A stretch of DNA of 64,000 nt from Candidatus Nezhaarchaeota archaeon. Its GTDB lineage: Archaea > Thermoproteota > Methanomethylicia > Nezhaarchaeales > WYZ-LMO8. Under the pieces are notes generated by a model, which had not been told where the DNA came from, ran no database searches, and saw only the letters and a program-made list of their open reading frames with translations. This document shows positions 56,140 to 64,000 of the stretch, piece by piece. Numbering within the stretch: position 1 is the first letter of the stretch; every line of letters starts with the position of its first letter. A program made the position numbers and the translations under genes. The DNA lies in the NCBI GenBank assembly GCA_030055465.1, contig JASFYF010000001.1:830581-894580 (forward strand). The letters run 5' to 3'.

Positions 56140-56787
56140 GTGGAGAAGTTGGCCTCACAACAACAGAAGGACTTATTGATACCACGGGACGAATACTTGA
56201 AAGCCGGAGTGCATGTAGGAACGCACATAAAGACGGTTGCCCTGAAGCCGTTCATATACAAAATAAGGCCTGATGGCCTATGCGTCATAGACCTGGGGAA
56301 GACCGATGAGAGGATAAGGGTTGCGGCTAAGATGATTTCAAGGTATAACCCTCCGAAGGTCGTTGTGGTTTCCTCTAGACAATACGGCTTCCAGTGCATA
56401 GAGGAATTCGCAAAGACAACTGGGTCAACGGCAATTCCAGGACGCTTCATTCCAGGAACCTTTACCAACCCGAAGCTCCCCTTCTACATGGAGCCCGAGC
56501 TGCTCTTAGTAACCGATGCGAGGGCTGACGAGCAGGCCATAAGCGAGGCTGCCGAAATTGGCATACCGATAATAGCGCTCTGCGATACGGACAACGAGGC
56601 GGCATTCGTTGACTTGATAGTACCAGTCAACAACAGGGGTAGGAAGTCGCTGGCGCTTGTTTACTGGCTTCTAGCACGCCAAGTGCTCAGGGAGAGAGGC
56701 ATAATTCCACCTGATGGAGATTTGACTGTCCCGGTTTCAGAATTTGAGGCTAAGGTGATGGTTGAGGCCTACTTCGAGGAAAGCTAA
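56140..56787 (+). CDS. rps2: 30S ribosomal protein S2 (uS2)
   Basis: Contains YLKAGVHVGTHIKT...LLLVTDARADEQAISEA...IPIIALCDTDN. Confidence 0.95.
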   Translation: MEKLASQQQKDLLIPRDEYLKAGVHVGTHIKTVALKPFIYKIRPDGLCVIDLGKTDERIRVAAKMISRYNPPKVVVVSSRQYGFQCIEEFAKTTGSTAIPGRFIPGTFTNPKLPFYMEPELLLVTDARADEQAISEAAEIGIPIIALCDTDNEAAFVDLIVPVNNRGRKSLALVYWLLARQVLRERGIIPPDGDLTVPVSEFEAKVMVEAYFEES

Positions 56788-56827
56788 AAGAGATAGCTAA
56801 ATACCCTATTTCTCTAGGTGCCGAGTT

Positions 56828-57682
56828 TTGCCTAGAACTAGGTATCCAGCCGTGGCTGGTTTCTTCTATGAGGGCGACCCGGACTCCCTCAAGAAAAGGT
56901 TGGGGTGGTGCTTCAAGCATAGGCTGGGGCCGGGCTCCCTCCCTAATGTGGGGAGGGGTGAAAGAAGCATAGTTGGCTTGGTCTCCCCTCACGCGGGCTA
57001 CATGTATTCGGGCCCTGTGGCGGCGCACTCCTATTACGAGCTGGCCTTGGACGGGAAGCCGGACATAGTTGTTATACTTGGCCCCAACCACACCGGCTTG
57101 GGCTCCGGAGTATCCATAGTTGACTCTGGAACTTGGAAGACGCCGCTGGGGGTTGTGGAGGTCAACAGCGAGGTGGCCAGGAAGATCGCGAGGAACAGCG
57201 AGCTCATATCAGTTGACTACCTAGCCCACGAGCAGGAACACTCCATAGAGGTTCAGCTTCCCTTCTTGCAGTACCTGTACGGCGATGACTTCACAGTGGT
57301 GCCCATATGCATGATGCTGCAGATGAGGGATGTGTGCCTCGACGTCGGCAGGGCCATCGCGGAGGCTGTGAAGGAAGAGAACGCCGTTATAATAGCTTCA
57401 ACGGACTTCACCCACTACGAACCTCACGATAGCGCCCATGAAAAGGACGGAAAGGTTTTAAAGGCGATAGCAAGCTTAGACCCCGAAAGCTTGCTGAGGC
57501 TTGTTGAGGCTTTACCGGTGTCCATGTGCGGCCCCGGACCGGTCGCAACCATGCTGTACGCCGCTAAGCGCTTGGGTGCTTCAACTGCGAGAATACTCAG
57601 CTATGCGACGTCAGGCGACGTCACGGGCGATAAGCATGCAGTTGTCGGTTATGGCGCTGTAAAAGTAGAGAAGAAACCATGA
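56828..57682 (+). CDS. MEMO1-family protein (AmmeMemoRadiSam system protein B)
   Basis: Contains PAVAGFFYEG...SPHAGYMYSGPVAAHSY...LGPNHTG...HEQEHSIEVQLPFL. Confidence 0.85.
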   Translation: MPRTRYPAVAGFFYEGDPDSLKKRLGWCFKHRLGPGSLPNVGRGERSIVGLVSPHAGYMYSGPVAAHSYYELALDGKPDIVVILGPNHTGLGSGVSIVDSGTWKTPLGVVEVNSEVARKIARNSELISVDYLAHEQEHSIEVQLPFLQYLYGDDFTVVPICMMLQMRDVCLDVGRAIAEAVKEENAVIIASTDFTHYEPHDSAHEKDGKVLKAIASLDPESLLRLVEALPVSMCGPGPVATMLYAAKRLGASTARILSYATSGDVTGDKHAVVGYGAVKVEKKP

Positions 57683-58488
57683 GCTTCGAACTCTACGTTC
57701 CAACATGCATAATAGGGCAGGCTATCGTCCACCGCAGCCAGCCAGCGCTGTGCTACAACTCGCGCAACAATAGGCTTTCACTATCGGTTAAGCCAGGCTT
57801 AAGAAGCGTGGAAGTGATGGGCTTGGGTGTCTTCTCCGACTACGTGAAGAGAAGGGTTGAAGGCTTCTTGAAGCGCATTGAAGGAGGGCTGAGCATTCAA
57901 TGTTCTGGACCGATGCACCCCATGGATGCACTAATATCAACGCTCCACGCGACTCTAAGCGCCGGGTTGGATGGCGAAGTCCACGGGGTGTCTAGGATGC
58001 TGCGGATAAATTATGGGAGGGCTAAGCTCACTCTAAGGGCCTTGAAGGCTAAGGGCGTAATGGCATACCGTGAAGGAGAGAGGGCTCTGAACCTACAAGA
58101 TTATTTTCCTTGGAGGATGGGCTTGGCCTTGAAGCCGCCCTTCAGGTTCAGGCTTCCTCGCGATGAAGGCCTCGAGGAATCCCTTGACGTTATCATCCAC
58201 GCTTTGGGTAGACTTGTGGTGGCAGCGGCAAGATCTATATCGGATGGCGATTTCAAGCTCTTCGGGAGGGCTCTGGAGAGGTACAGCAGGATAAGCATCG
58301 CGTTGTCTGGGCTTCCGGCAACTATGATGAGGACGCATAAGCTCCTCAACGGGCTTAAAGGTGTGGCTTGCAAGGTGGACGAAGACTTCAAGGGCTTTAT
58401 GCTGTTCAGCGAGGGCGAAGAGGAGCTTCGCGAAGCCTTAAATGCTGTCGGGAAAATGGGTTTCAGGGTTGCCTTATTGAGGTGTTAA
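57679..58488 (+). CDS. GHMP-kinase-like protein at the mevalonate-kinase locus, with nucleotide-binding motifs degenerate
   Basis: Occupies the mvk position upstream of ipk and fni. Only 269 aa, with all three GHMP motifs replaced: PTCIIGQAIV for PGKxxLxGEH, SGPMHPMDALIST for PxGSGLGSSAA, KVDEDFKGF for KxTGAGGGG. Confidence 0.35.
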   Translation: MSFELYVPTCIIGQAIVHRSQPALCYNSRNNRLSLSVKPGLRSVEVMGLGVFSDYVKRRVEGFLKRIEGGLSIQCSGPMHPMDALISTLHATLSAGLDGEVHGVSRMLRINYGRAKLTLRALKAKGVMAYREGERALNLQDYFPWRMGLALKPPFRFRLPRDEGLEESLDVIIHALGRLVVAAARSISDGDFKLFGRALERYSRISIALSGLPATMMRTHKLLNGLKGVACKVDEDFKGFMLFSEGEEELREALNAVGKMGFRVALLRC

Positions 58489-58489
58489 C

Positions 58490-59275
58490 ATGGACTTATC
58501 CGTGGTGAAGTTTGGGGGAAGCGCAATCACGGTTAAGGAGAAGGCCTTCACTATCAGGAGGAGGGCCGTCGAGAACCTCTGCAGGCAAATCGTAGATTAT
58601 GAGCTTAAAGGGGGTAAAGCCATAGTAGTTCACGGCGGAGGATCGTTTGGGCACCCAGTAGCATTGAGGTATGGGTTGAACGGTGGGCTAAAAGGCGATG
58701 AAGCGCATCGCGGGATTGCCTTAACGCGGCTGGCGATGAGGAGGCTGAACGAAAAAATAGTGAGGGCGTTTCTGAGATTAGGCGGCAAAGTCTACACAGT
58801 TGAGCCCTCCTCCTCCTTTATCCTCAAAGACGGCGGGGTAAGCCGCTTCTTTGTCGAAGCAGTAAACGCGGCGCTGAAAAGCGGGTTTACCCCCATCCTT
58901 CACGGCGACGTCGTCCTAGATGAGGGGGAGAGGGGGGTTTCAATACTTTCAGGCGACGTTATAGCATCGCTCCTAGCCTTAAAGCTTAAGGCCGACAAGC
59001 TAGTCTTCGTCCTCGATGTTGAGGGAATATACTCCGACAACCCGAAGGAAAACCCAAATGCCAAGCCCTTAAGGGTGCTAACCAAGGATTTTGAGGGTAA
59101 AGTCAGGATATGCGGGGCGCCCGACGCTACAGGGGGCCTCGCGAGGAAAATACGGGAGGCCTTTAAAGCCTACGACGGCGGCGTCGGACGCGTGTGCTTC
59201 GTGGGATGGCGCGGGGACGACCTGCTAAAGGCCTTGAGGGGGCTGGAGTTTAACGGCACGATAGTAGGGGGTTAA
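58490..59275 (+). CDS. ipk: isopentenyl phosphate kinase (amino-acid-kinase fold)
   Basis: Contains VVKFGGSAIT...IVVHGGGSFGH...LHGDVV. Confidence 0.85.
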   Translation: MDLSVVKFGGSAITVKEKAFTIRRRAVENLCRQIVDYELKGGKAIVVHGGGSFGHPVALRYGLNGGLKGDEAHRGIALTRLAMRRLNEKIVRAFLRLGGKVYTVEPSSSFILKDGGVSRFFVEAVNAALKSGFTPILHGDVVLDEGERGVSILSGDVIASLLALKLKADKLVFVLDVEGIYSDNPKENPNAKPLRVLTKDFEGKVRICGAPDATGGLARKIREAFKAYDGGVGRVCFVGWRGDDLLKALRGLEFNGTIVGG

Positions 59276-59279
59276 GCCG

Positions 59280-60386
59280 TTGAGCCCTATAGTCGACCGG
59301 AAGCTTGAACACATAAACGTATGCCTCGAAAAGGACGTCGAAATGCACCGTAACACGAGCGGCTTCGAGGACGTGTGGTTAGTGCACCGTTGCCTCCCCG
59401 AACTGGACCTTGACGATGTTAAGCTTGAAACGGAGTTCCTAGGCTTCAAGCTGAGGGCTCCGCTAATGATTTCAGCGATGACCGGCGGCCACCCTAAAGC
59501 CAAGATCATAAACGAAGTCCTAGCTGAAGTAGTTGAAGAGATGGGTTTAGCCATGGCCGTGGGAAGCCAGAGGGCGGCACTAATCGATGGCAGACTCGCC
59601 GATACGTTCTCCGTGGCGAGGAGAAAGGCTCCCACGGCCTTTCTAGTTGCGAATATAGGTGCAGCTCAGCTTATCTCCGATTTAAGTCCAAGCGATATTC
59701 GCCGGGCGGTTGAAATGATAGATGCCGATGCGCTAAACGTGCATTTGAACCCAACGCATGAATTCTCCCAGCTCCGCGGGGAGCCGCGGTTCAGGGGGGT
59801 ATTGCAGGCCATTCGGAAGGCTGCGGAGAGCATCGACGTTCCGGTGATAGCTAAGGAGACGGGCTGCGGCGTCTCGCGTGAAGATGCCGTTAGGCTGGTT
59901 GAAGAGGCAAACGTTAAGGCGATAGAAGTGGCTGGGGCGGGCGGAACAAGCTGGTGTAAAGTCGAGGTGTACAGGTCTCAAATGCACGGCGAACAGTTGA
60001 AGGCGAGGATCGCTGATGTGTTCAGCGAGTGGGGGATACCCACGGCGCTCAGCGTGGTTGAAGTCAAGAGCTCCGTTGACGTGCCGGTGATAGCTTCAGG
60101 GGGCATAAGAAGCGGGTTGGACTGCGCGAAGGCCCTAGCCATAGGTGCAGACTTGGCGGGCGTGGCTCTACCCGCATTGAGGGCGGCAGTGGAGGGCGGA
60201 GAGGCTCTGAGGGCCATGCTTACAGTATTTATCGAGCAGTTGAGGGCAGCGATGTTTCTAACAGGCTCCCGAGGTCTGCGGGAGCTGAGGAGGGCGGATG
60301 TGGTCGTGTTGGGAAGGGTCAGGGAGTGGATTCAGGCAAGAGGAGTCGACTTAGACGGGTACTTGAAGGTGAGGAGGACGCTATGA
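59280..60386 (+). CDS. fni: isopentenyl-diphosphate delta-isomerase, type 2 (FMN-dependent)
   Basis: Contains RKLEHINVCL...PLMISAMTGG...IASGGIRSGLD. Confidence 0.9.
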   Translation: MSPIVDRKLEHINVCLEKDVEMHRNTSGFEDVWLVHRCLPELDLDDVKLETEFLGFKLRAPLMISAMTGGHPKAKIINEVLAEVVEEMGLAMAVGSQRAALIDGRLADTFSVARRKAPTAFLVANIGAAQLISDLSPSDIRRAVEMIDADALNVHLNPTHEFSQLRGEPRFRGVLQAIRKAAESIDVPVIAKETGCGVSREDAVRLVEEANVKAIEVAGAGGTSWCKVEVYRSQMHGEQLKARIADVFSEWGIPTALSVVEVKSSVDVPVIASGGIRSGLDCAKALAIGADLAGVALPALRAAVEGGEALRAMLTVFIEQLRAAMFLTGSRGLRELRRADVVVLGRVREWIQARGVDLDGYLKVRRTL

Positions 60387-62128
60387 GCTTCCCTGAAGAC
60401 GTTGTCAAGCTCGTGAAGAAACATGCCTACCTGAACGCCTATGAGCATGGCGGCAAAGCCTCCCAAGGCCCGGTCCTCGGGAAGATCTTGGCTGAGAGGC
60501 CGGAGCTGAGGAGCAAAGTCAAGGAATTGGTGAAGCTGGTCGCCGAAGTCATTGACGAAGTTAATGGTATGGGGTTTGCGGAAGTAAAGAACAAGGTTGA
60601 AACGGAGTACCCGGAGGCTCTATCCAAGAAAAGGGAGGCCGTTGAGAAGGTTCTTCCTCCCCTGCCCAACGTCGACAAGTACAAGCTGGTAGTTACGAGG
60701 TTTGCGCCGAACCCGGATGCCCCCCTTCACCTCGGAAGCCTAAGACCCCTAATCATCTCGTACGAGTACGCTAGGGCGTATAAGGGAAAGTTTATCCTCA
60801 GATTCGACGACACGGACCCAAAGACAAAGAAGCCAATGCCTGAAGCCTACGAGTGGATCAAAGATGACATGTCGTGGCTTGGAATAAAGCCGGACCAAGT
60901 TATCTATCAATCCGATAGGCTTGAGATATACTACGATGTGGCCAGGAGGCTCCTGGAGTTGGGGGGAGCATACGTATGCACGTGCAGCGCTGAGAGGTTC
61001 AAGGCTTTAAGGGACTCTGGCAAGCCATGCCCCTGCAGGGAGCTGGATCAAAGCGAGCAGCTCGCCAGGTTTGAAGGCATGCTGCTGCGCAGGTATGGAG
61101 AGAAGGAAGCCGTCGTCAGGGTGAAGACTGACCTGAATCATCCCGACATGTCCGTGAGGGAGTGGGTGGCCCTCAGGGTAATAGATGTGGAGGGAAACCC
61201 ACATCCAAGGGTTGGGGATAGGTACTTCGTTTGGCCCACCTACAACTTTGCATGCGCCGTTGACGACTACTTGTTGGAGGTAAGCCACATTCTCAGAGCC
61301 AAGGAGCACGTCACGAATACCGTTAAACAGAGGTACATCTTTGAATACATGAAGTGGAGGTTTCCCGAAGCAATACACTTCGGGAGACTTAAGCTCGCAA
61401 ACATAGTGTTAAGCAAGTCCCAGATAAGCAGGGGCATCGCTAAAGGAGAGTTCTTGTGGTGGGATGATCCGCGCCTAGGAACAATAATGGCCGTTAGGAG
61501 GAGGGGCATACTGCCGGAGACCCTGAAGGAGGTCATACTTCACGTCGGCGTCAAGACATCGGAGGCATCGCTCAGCTGGGAGAACATTTACTCAATCAAT
61601 CGGAGGCACCTCGACCCTAAAGCTGACAGGTACTTCTGCGTTTTAGACCCAGTGCTCCTGATAGTTGAAGGGGCGCCCGGACGCTTCGTGGCGAGACCAC
61701 CCTTACACCCCGATTATCCTGAGAGGGGCTTCAGGGAGTTAGAGGTGAGGGCTGAGGACTGTGGAGTCAAGGTGTATATATCTAGGAGGGATGTGGAACT
61801 CTTCAAGGGAAAGAACATCGTCAGGTTAATGTCGCTCTTCAACGTTGAGTCTAAGGAGATAGTAGGCGACACGGTATACTCGGCTTACCGAAGCGAATGC
61901 GTTGAGGATGCCTCTCATCTTAAGGCGCCGATAATACAGTGGGTTCCACTCCACGATAACGTTGACGTCGAGGTCATGATGCCCAACGCCGCGGTGTCGA
62001 GAGGTGTGGGAGAGGCAAGCCTCAGCAACTTAGAGGTTAACTCAATCATTCAGTTCGTGCGGGTTGGCTTTGCGAGGCTTGACGAAAAGGGGAAGGGACG
62101 CGTCAGGTTTTACTTTGCCCACGAGTAA
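60383..62128 (+). CDS. gltX: glutamyl-tRNA synthetase (archaeal class I)
   Basis: Contains RFAPNPDAPLHLGSLR (HIGH-type) and VLSKSQ (KMSKS-type). ATGA overlap with fni. Confidence 0.9.
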   Translation: MSFPEDVVKLVKKHAYLNAYEHGGKASQGPVLGKILAERPELRSKVKELVKLVAEVIDEVNGMGFAEVKNKVETEYPEALSKKREAVEKVLPPLPNVDKYKLVVTRFAPNPDAPLHLGSLRPLIISYEYARAYKGKFILRFDDTDPKTKKPMPEAYEWIKDDMSWLGIKPDQVIYQSDRLEIYYDVARRLLELGGAYVCTCSAERFKALRDSGKPCPCRELDQSEQLARFEGMLLRRYGEKEAVVRVKTDLNHPDMSVREWVALRVIDVEGNPHPRVGDRYFVWPTYNFACAVDDYLLEVSHILRAKEHVTNTVKQRYIFEYMKWRFPEAIHFGRLKLANIVLSKSQISRGIAKGEFLWWDDPRLGTIMAVRRRGILPETLKEVILHVGVKTSEASLSWENIYSINRRHLDPKADRYFCVLDPVLLIVEGAPGRFVARPPLHPDYPERGFRELEVRAEDCGVKVYISRRDVELFKGKNIVRLMSLFNVESKEIVGDTVYSAYRSECVEDASHLKAPIIQWVPLHDNVDVEVMMPNAAVSRGVGEASLSNLEVNSIIQFVRVGFARLDEKGKGRVRFYFAHE

Positions 62129-62217
62129 CCCTTGAAGCTAAACCTTTAATAATGGGGTCCCTGAAAGAGAAGGTTGCTTAACCCCATGAATCGATGACAT
62201 GAGGAGGTGAGGATTTT

Positions 62218-62691
62218 ATGTCTAAACCAAAGTACGTGAGGTTTGAGGTGCCGCCTGAGCTGGCCAACAAAGCGTACGAAGCGGTCAAGCTAGCAAAGGA
62301 AACGGGCAAAGTGAAGAGGGGAACCAACGAGGTTACCAAGGCAGTTGAGAGGGGCATAGCGAAGCTGGTGGTCATAGCGGAGGACGTCGATCCCCCAGAG
62401 GTCGTAATGCACCTGCCGCTGCTATGCGAGGAGAGGAAGGTGCCATACGTGTACGTTCCAAGCAAGGACAAGCTCGGCGAAGCCACGGGCATTGATGTGA
62501 GGTCTGCGTCGGCAGCTATAGTAGAGGTGGGTCAAGCCAAAGAACTAGTCGACGAGATTGTAGTTAAAGTGAACGAGGTGAAGGCCAAAGCAGGTTTACC
62601 CACAACAGCGGTGCCGCAGGAGGCAACTAAGGGAGAGGAGGCGGAGTCGAAGCCAGCCAAGAAGCCAAAGAAGAAGGAGAAGCAGGCTTAG
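62218..62691 (+). CDS. rpl7ae: 50S ribosomal protein L7Ae, with a ~30-aa Lys/Glu/Pro-rich C-terminal tail
   Basis: Contains [40 protein letters not shown]. The tail is [33 protein letters not shown]. Confidence 0.93.
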   Translation: MSKPKYVRFEVPPELANKAYEAVKLAKETGKVKRGTNEVTKAVERGIAKLVVIAEDVDPPEVVMHLPLLCEERKVPYVYVPSKDKLGEATGIDVRSASAAIVEVGQAKELVDEIVVKVNEVKAKAGLPTTAVPQEATKGEEAESKPAKKPKKKEKQA

Positions 62692-62702
62692 CGCTTTTAA
62701 GG

Positions 62703-62927
62703 TCAACGCGGAGTAAGCTTCCTAGCCTCTCTTTCTGTTTCCCTAAGCATCAAAACGTCTCCCAACCTAACAGGCCCCTTAACGTTCCTTGTTATTATCC
62801 TGCCCTTATCGGGGCCATCCAGTATCCTACACCTCACTTGGATTACTTCCCCCGTTACCCCTGTTCTACCTATCAACTGGACGACCTCAGCCGGCGTTGC
62901 CTCATCACTTGAGCTCACGGACACCAC
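62703..62927 (-). CDS. rps28e: 30S ribosomal protein S28e
   Basis: Contains [56 protein letters not shown]. Confidence 0.93.
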   Translation of the reverse strand: MVSVSSSDEATPAEVVQLIGRTGVTGEVIQVRCRILDGPDKGRIITRNVKGPVRLGDVLMLRETEREARKLTPR

Positions 62928-63044
62928 TCCTAGGAGGTTAGCATCTTACATATTGATAAACTTCTCTCTCCAACAGCTGCGCGGAGCCCATGAAGGGAAG
63001 CCTCGCCATTTTTATAAGAGAGCATGAAGTAGAAGTGGGGTGCG

Positions 63045-63242
63045 GTGTTGAAAATGCTTAGGGCCTTAAACTGCACGTTCTGCGGTAGAAGCATTCCAAG
63101 CGGCACTGGAGTCATGTATGTGAAGAGGGATGGCAACATACTTTACTTTTGCTCGAGCAAGTGCAGGAAAAGCATGCTATACTTGAGGAGGAACCCGGCT
63201 AAGTCCAAGTGGACGAAAAGCACTAGGAGGACGTATAAGTGA
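63045..63242 (+). CDS. rpl24e: 50S ribosomal protein L24e
   Basis: Contains [33 protein letters not shown]. The start may instead be ATG 63051. Confidence 0.92.
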   Translation: MLKMLRALNCTFCGRSIPSGTGVMYVKRDGNILYFCSSKCRKSMLYLRRNPAKSKWTKSTRRTYK

Positions 63243-63691
63243 TGGCTACCGAGAGAACCTTAATAATAGTAAAGCCCGGAGCGGTGAAGAGGGGCCTCAT
63301 AGGCGAGGTTCTCTCAAGGCTTGAGAGGAAGGGCCTAAAGATATCCGGGTTAAAGATGCTATGGATTTCGAGAGAGGAGGCTGAGAAGCTCTACTCAGTT
63401 CATAGAGGCAAACCCTTCTACGAGGAACTCATAAGGTACATAACTTCGGCCCCTGTGGTTGTGGGGGTTATTGAAGGCGACGACGCGGTGAAAGTTGTCA
63501 GAAGGGTTATAGGCTCAACGGACCCCAAAGAGGCCTCGCCCGGAACCATCAGGGGCGATTACGGCTTATCTGTGACTCAGAACATAATTCACGCCTCCGA
63601 CAGCAAGGAAAACGCTGAAAGGGAGATAGCTATCTTCTTCCGGGAAGGAGAGATACTCGAGTATTCAAGGGCCGACGAGGCTTGGCTCTAG
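63239..63691 (+). CDS. ndk: nucleoside diphosphate kinase
   Basis: Contains [20 protein letters not shown]...NIIHASDS. Confidence 0.95.
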   Translation: MMATERTLIIVKPGAVKRGLIGEVLSRLERKGLKISGLKMLWISREEAEKLYSVHRGKPFYEELIRYITSAPVVVGVIEGDDAVKVVRRVIGSTDPKEASPGTIRGDYGLSVTQNIIHASDSKENAEREIAIFFREGEILEYSRADEAWL

Positions 63692-63859
63692 GCTTGCAGC
63701 CTTGATGTTGATGCCCCCAAAGCCAGGGCATCCCAGACGATGGATTTGAGCTAATCATCTCCACGTTTTTACGATGAGGGCTGCGGTCTCTAGTCGACAG
63801 GTTAAAGAGAGGCTTCTTCGCTTCATCTAGCAGCTTAAACTAGGGGGAGGTGCTAAAGC

Positions 63860-64000
63860 TTGAGCAACATTTCCGAGGGCAGGAGGATTAGGTCGCCAAT
63901 ACTTTGCGTCCTAGGGCACGTGGATGTGGGCAAAACGCTTCTCCTCGATAAGATCAGGGGAACCGCAACGATGTTCAGGGAGGTGGGGGCCATGATGTCG
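63860..64000 (+). CDS. infB: translation initiation factor aIF5B (IF-2), N-terminal fragment; continues past the window end
   Basis: TTG start, then [26 protein letters not shown] (G1 motif). In the conserved position after ndk. Confidence 0.75.
   Translation, partial: MSNISEGRRIRSPILCVLGHVDVGKTLLLDKIRGTATMFREVGAMMS

Noticed and set aside
62129-62217. A kink-turn (K-turn) RNA motif for L7Ae autoregulation in the rpl7ae leader, suggested by CTGA and GATGA elements.
   Set aside because: The elements are in the wrong order and spacing, and I could not form a C-stem/NC-stem with tandem G-A pairs around them.

Overview
This window is a core information-processing region of an archaeal chromosome. 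It looks crenarchaeal/TACK and thermophilic: unsplit rpoB next to split rpoA1/rpoA2, tRNA introns of the bulge-helix-bulge (BHB) type, genomically encoded CCA ends, and roughly mid-50s % GC by eye. All calls come from reading the ORF translations and the DNA directly; no homology search was run.

Four conserved gene blocks dominate:
- aEF-2, then rpoH-rpoB-rpoA1-rpoA2-L30e-NusA-S12-S7-EF1alpha-S10 (1-16.7 kb, + strand).
- A minus-strand spc-like ribosomal operon running Rpp29-S17-L14-L24-S4e-L5-S14-S8-L6-L32e-L19e-L18-S5-L30 (34.3 to 27.5 kb).
- S13-S4-S11-rpoD-L18e-L13-S9-rpoN-enolase-S2-MEMO-(GHMP-like)-IPK-IDI2-GluRS (51.2-62.1 kb).
- L7Ae / S28e / L24e / NDK / aIF5B (62.2-64 kb).

Between these blocks lie RadA and a paralog, CarS, a Clp1-type kinase, SerB, archaeal PEP carboxylase, an hsp20-cdc48 operon with a divergent Phr-like regulator, transporters, five tRNA genes (two with canonical introns) and a decayed integrase. 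I found no rRNA, CRISPR array or intact mobile element.

The most interesting result concerns two protein-coding genes that the ORF track shows as broken: ribosomal protein uS5 and an MtnA/eIF-2B-family isomerase. Each is interrupted by a short insert (28 nt and 31 nt) that folds into a splicing-endonuclease BHB motif. Removing each insert restores the conserved protein sequence exactly, which points to BHB introns in the mRNA.

Secondary observations:
- rpoB has no canonical start codon.
- A Phr-type operator sits in the hsp20/regulator promoter.
- cdc48 contains a 75-nt perfect internal repeat.
- The gene in the mevalonate-kinase position has degenerate kinase motifs.
- An AT-rich orphan tract lies next to tRNA-Arg.
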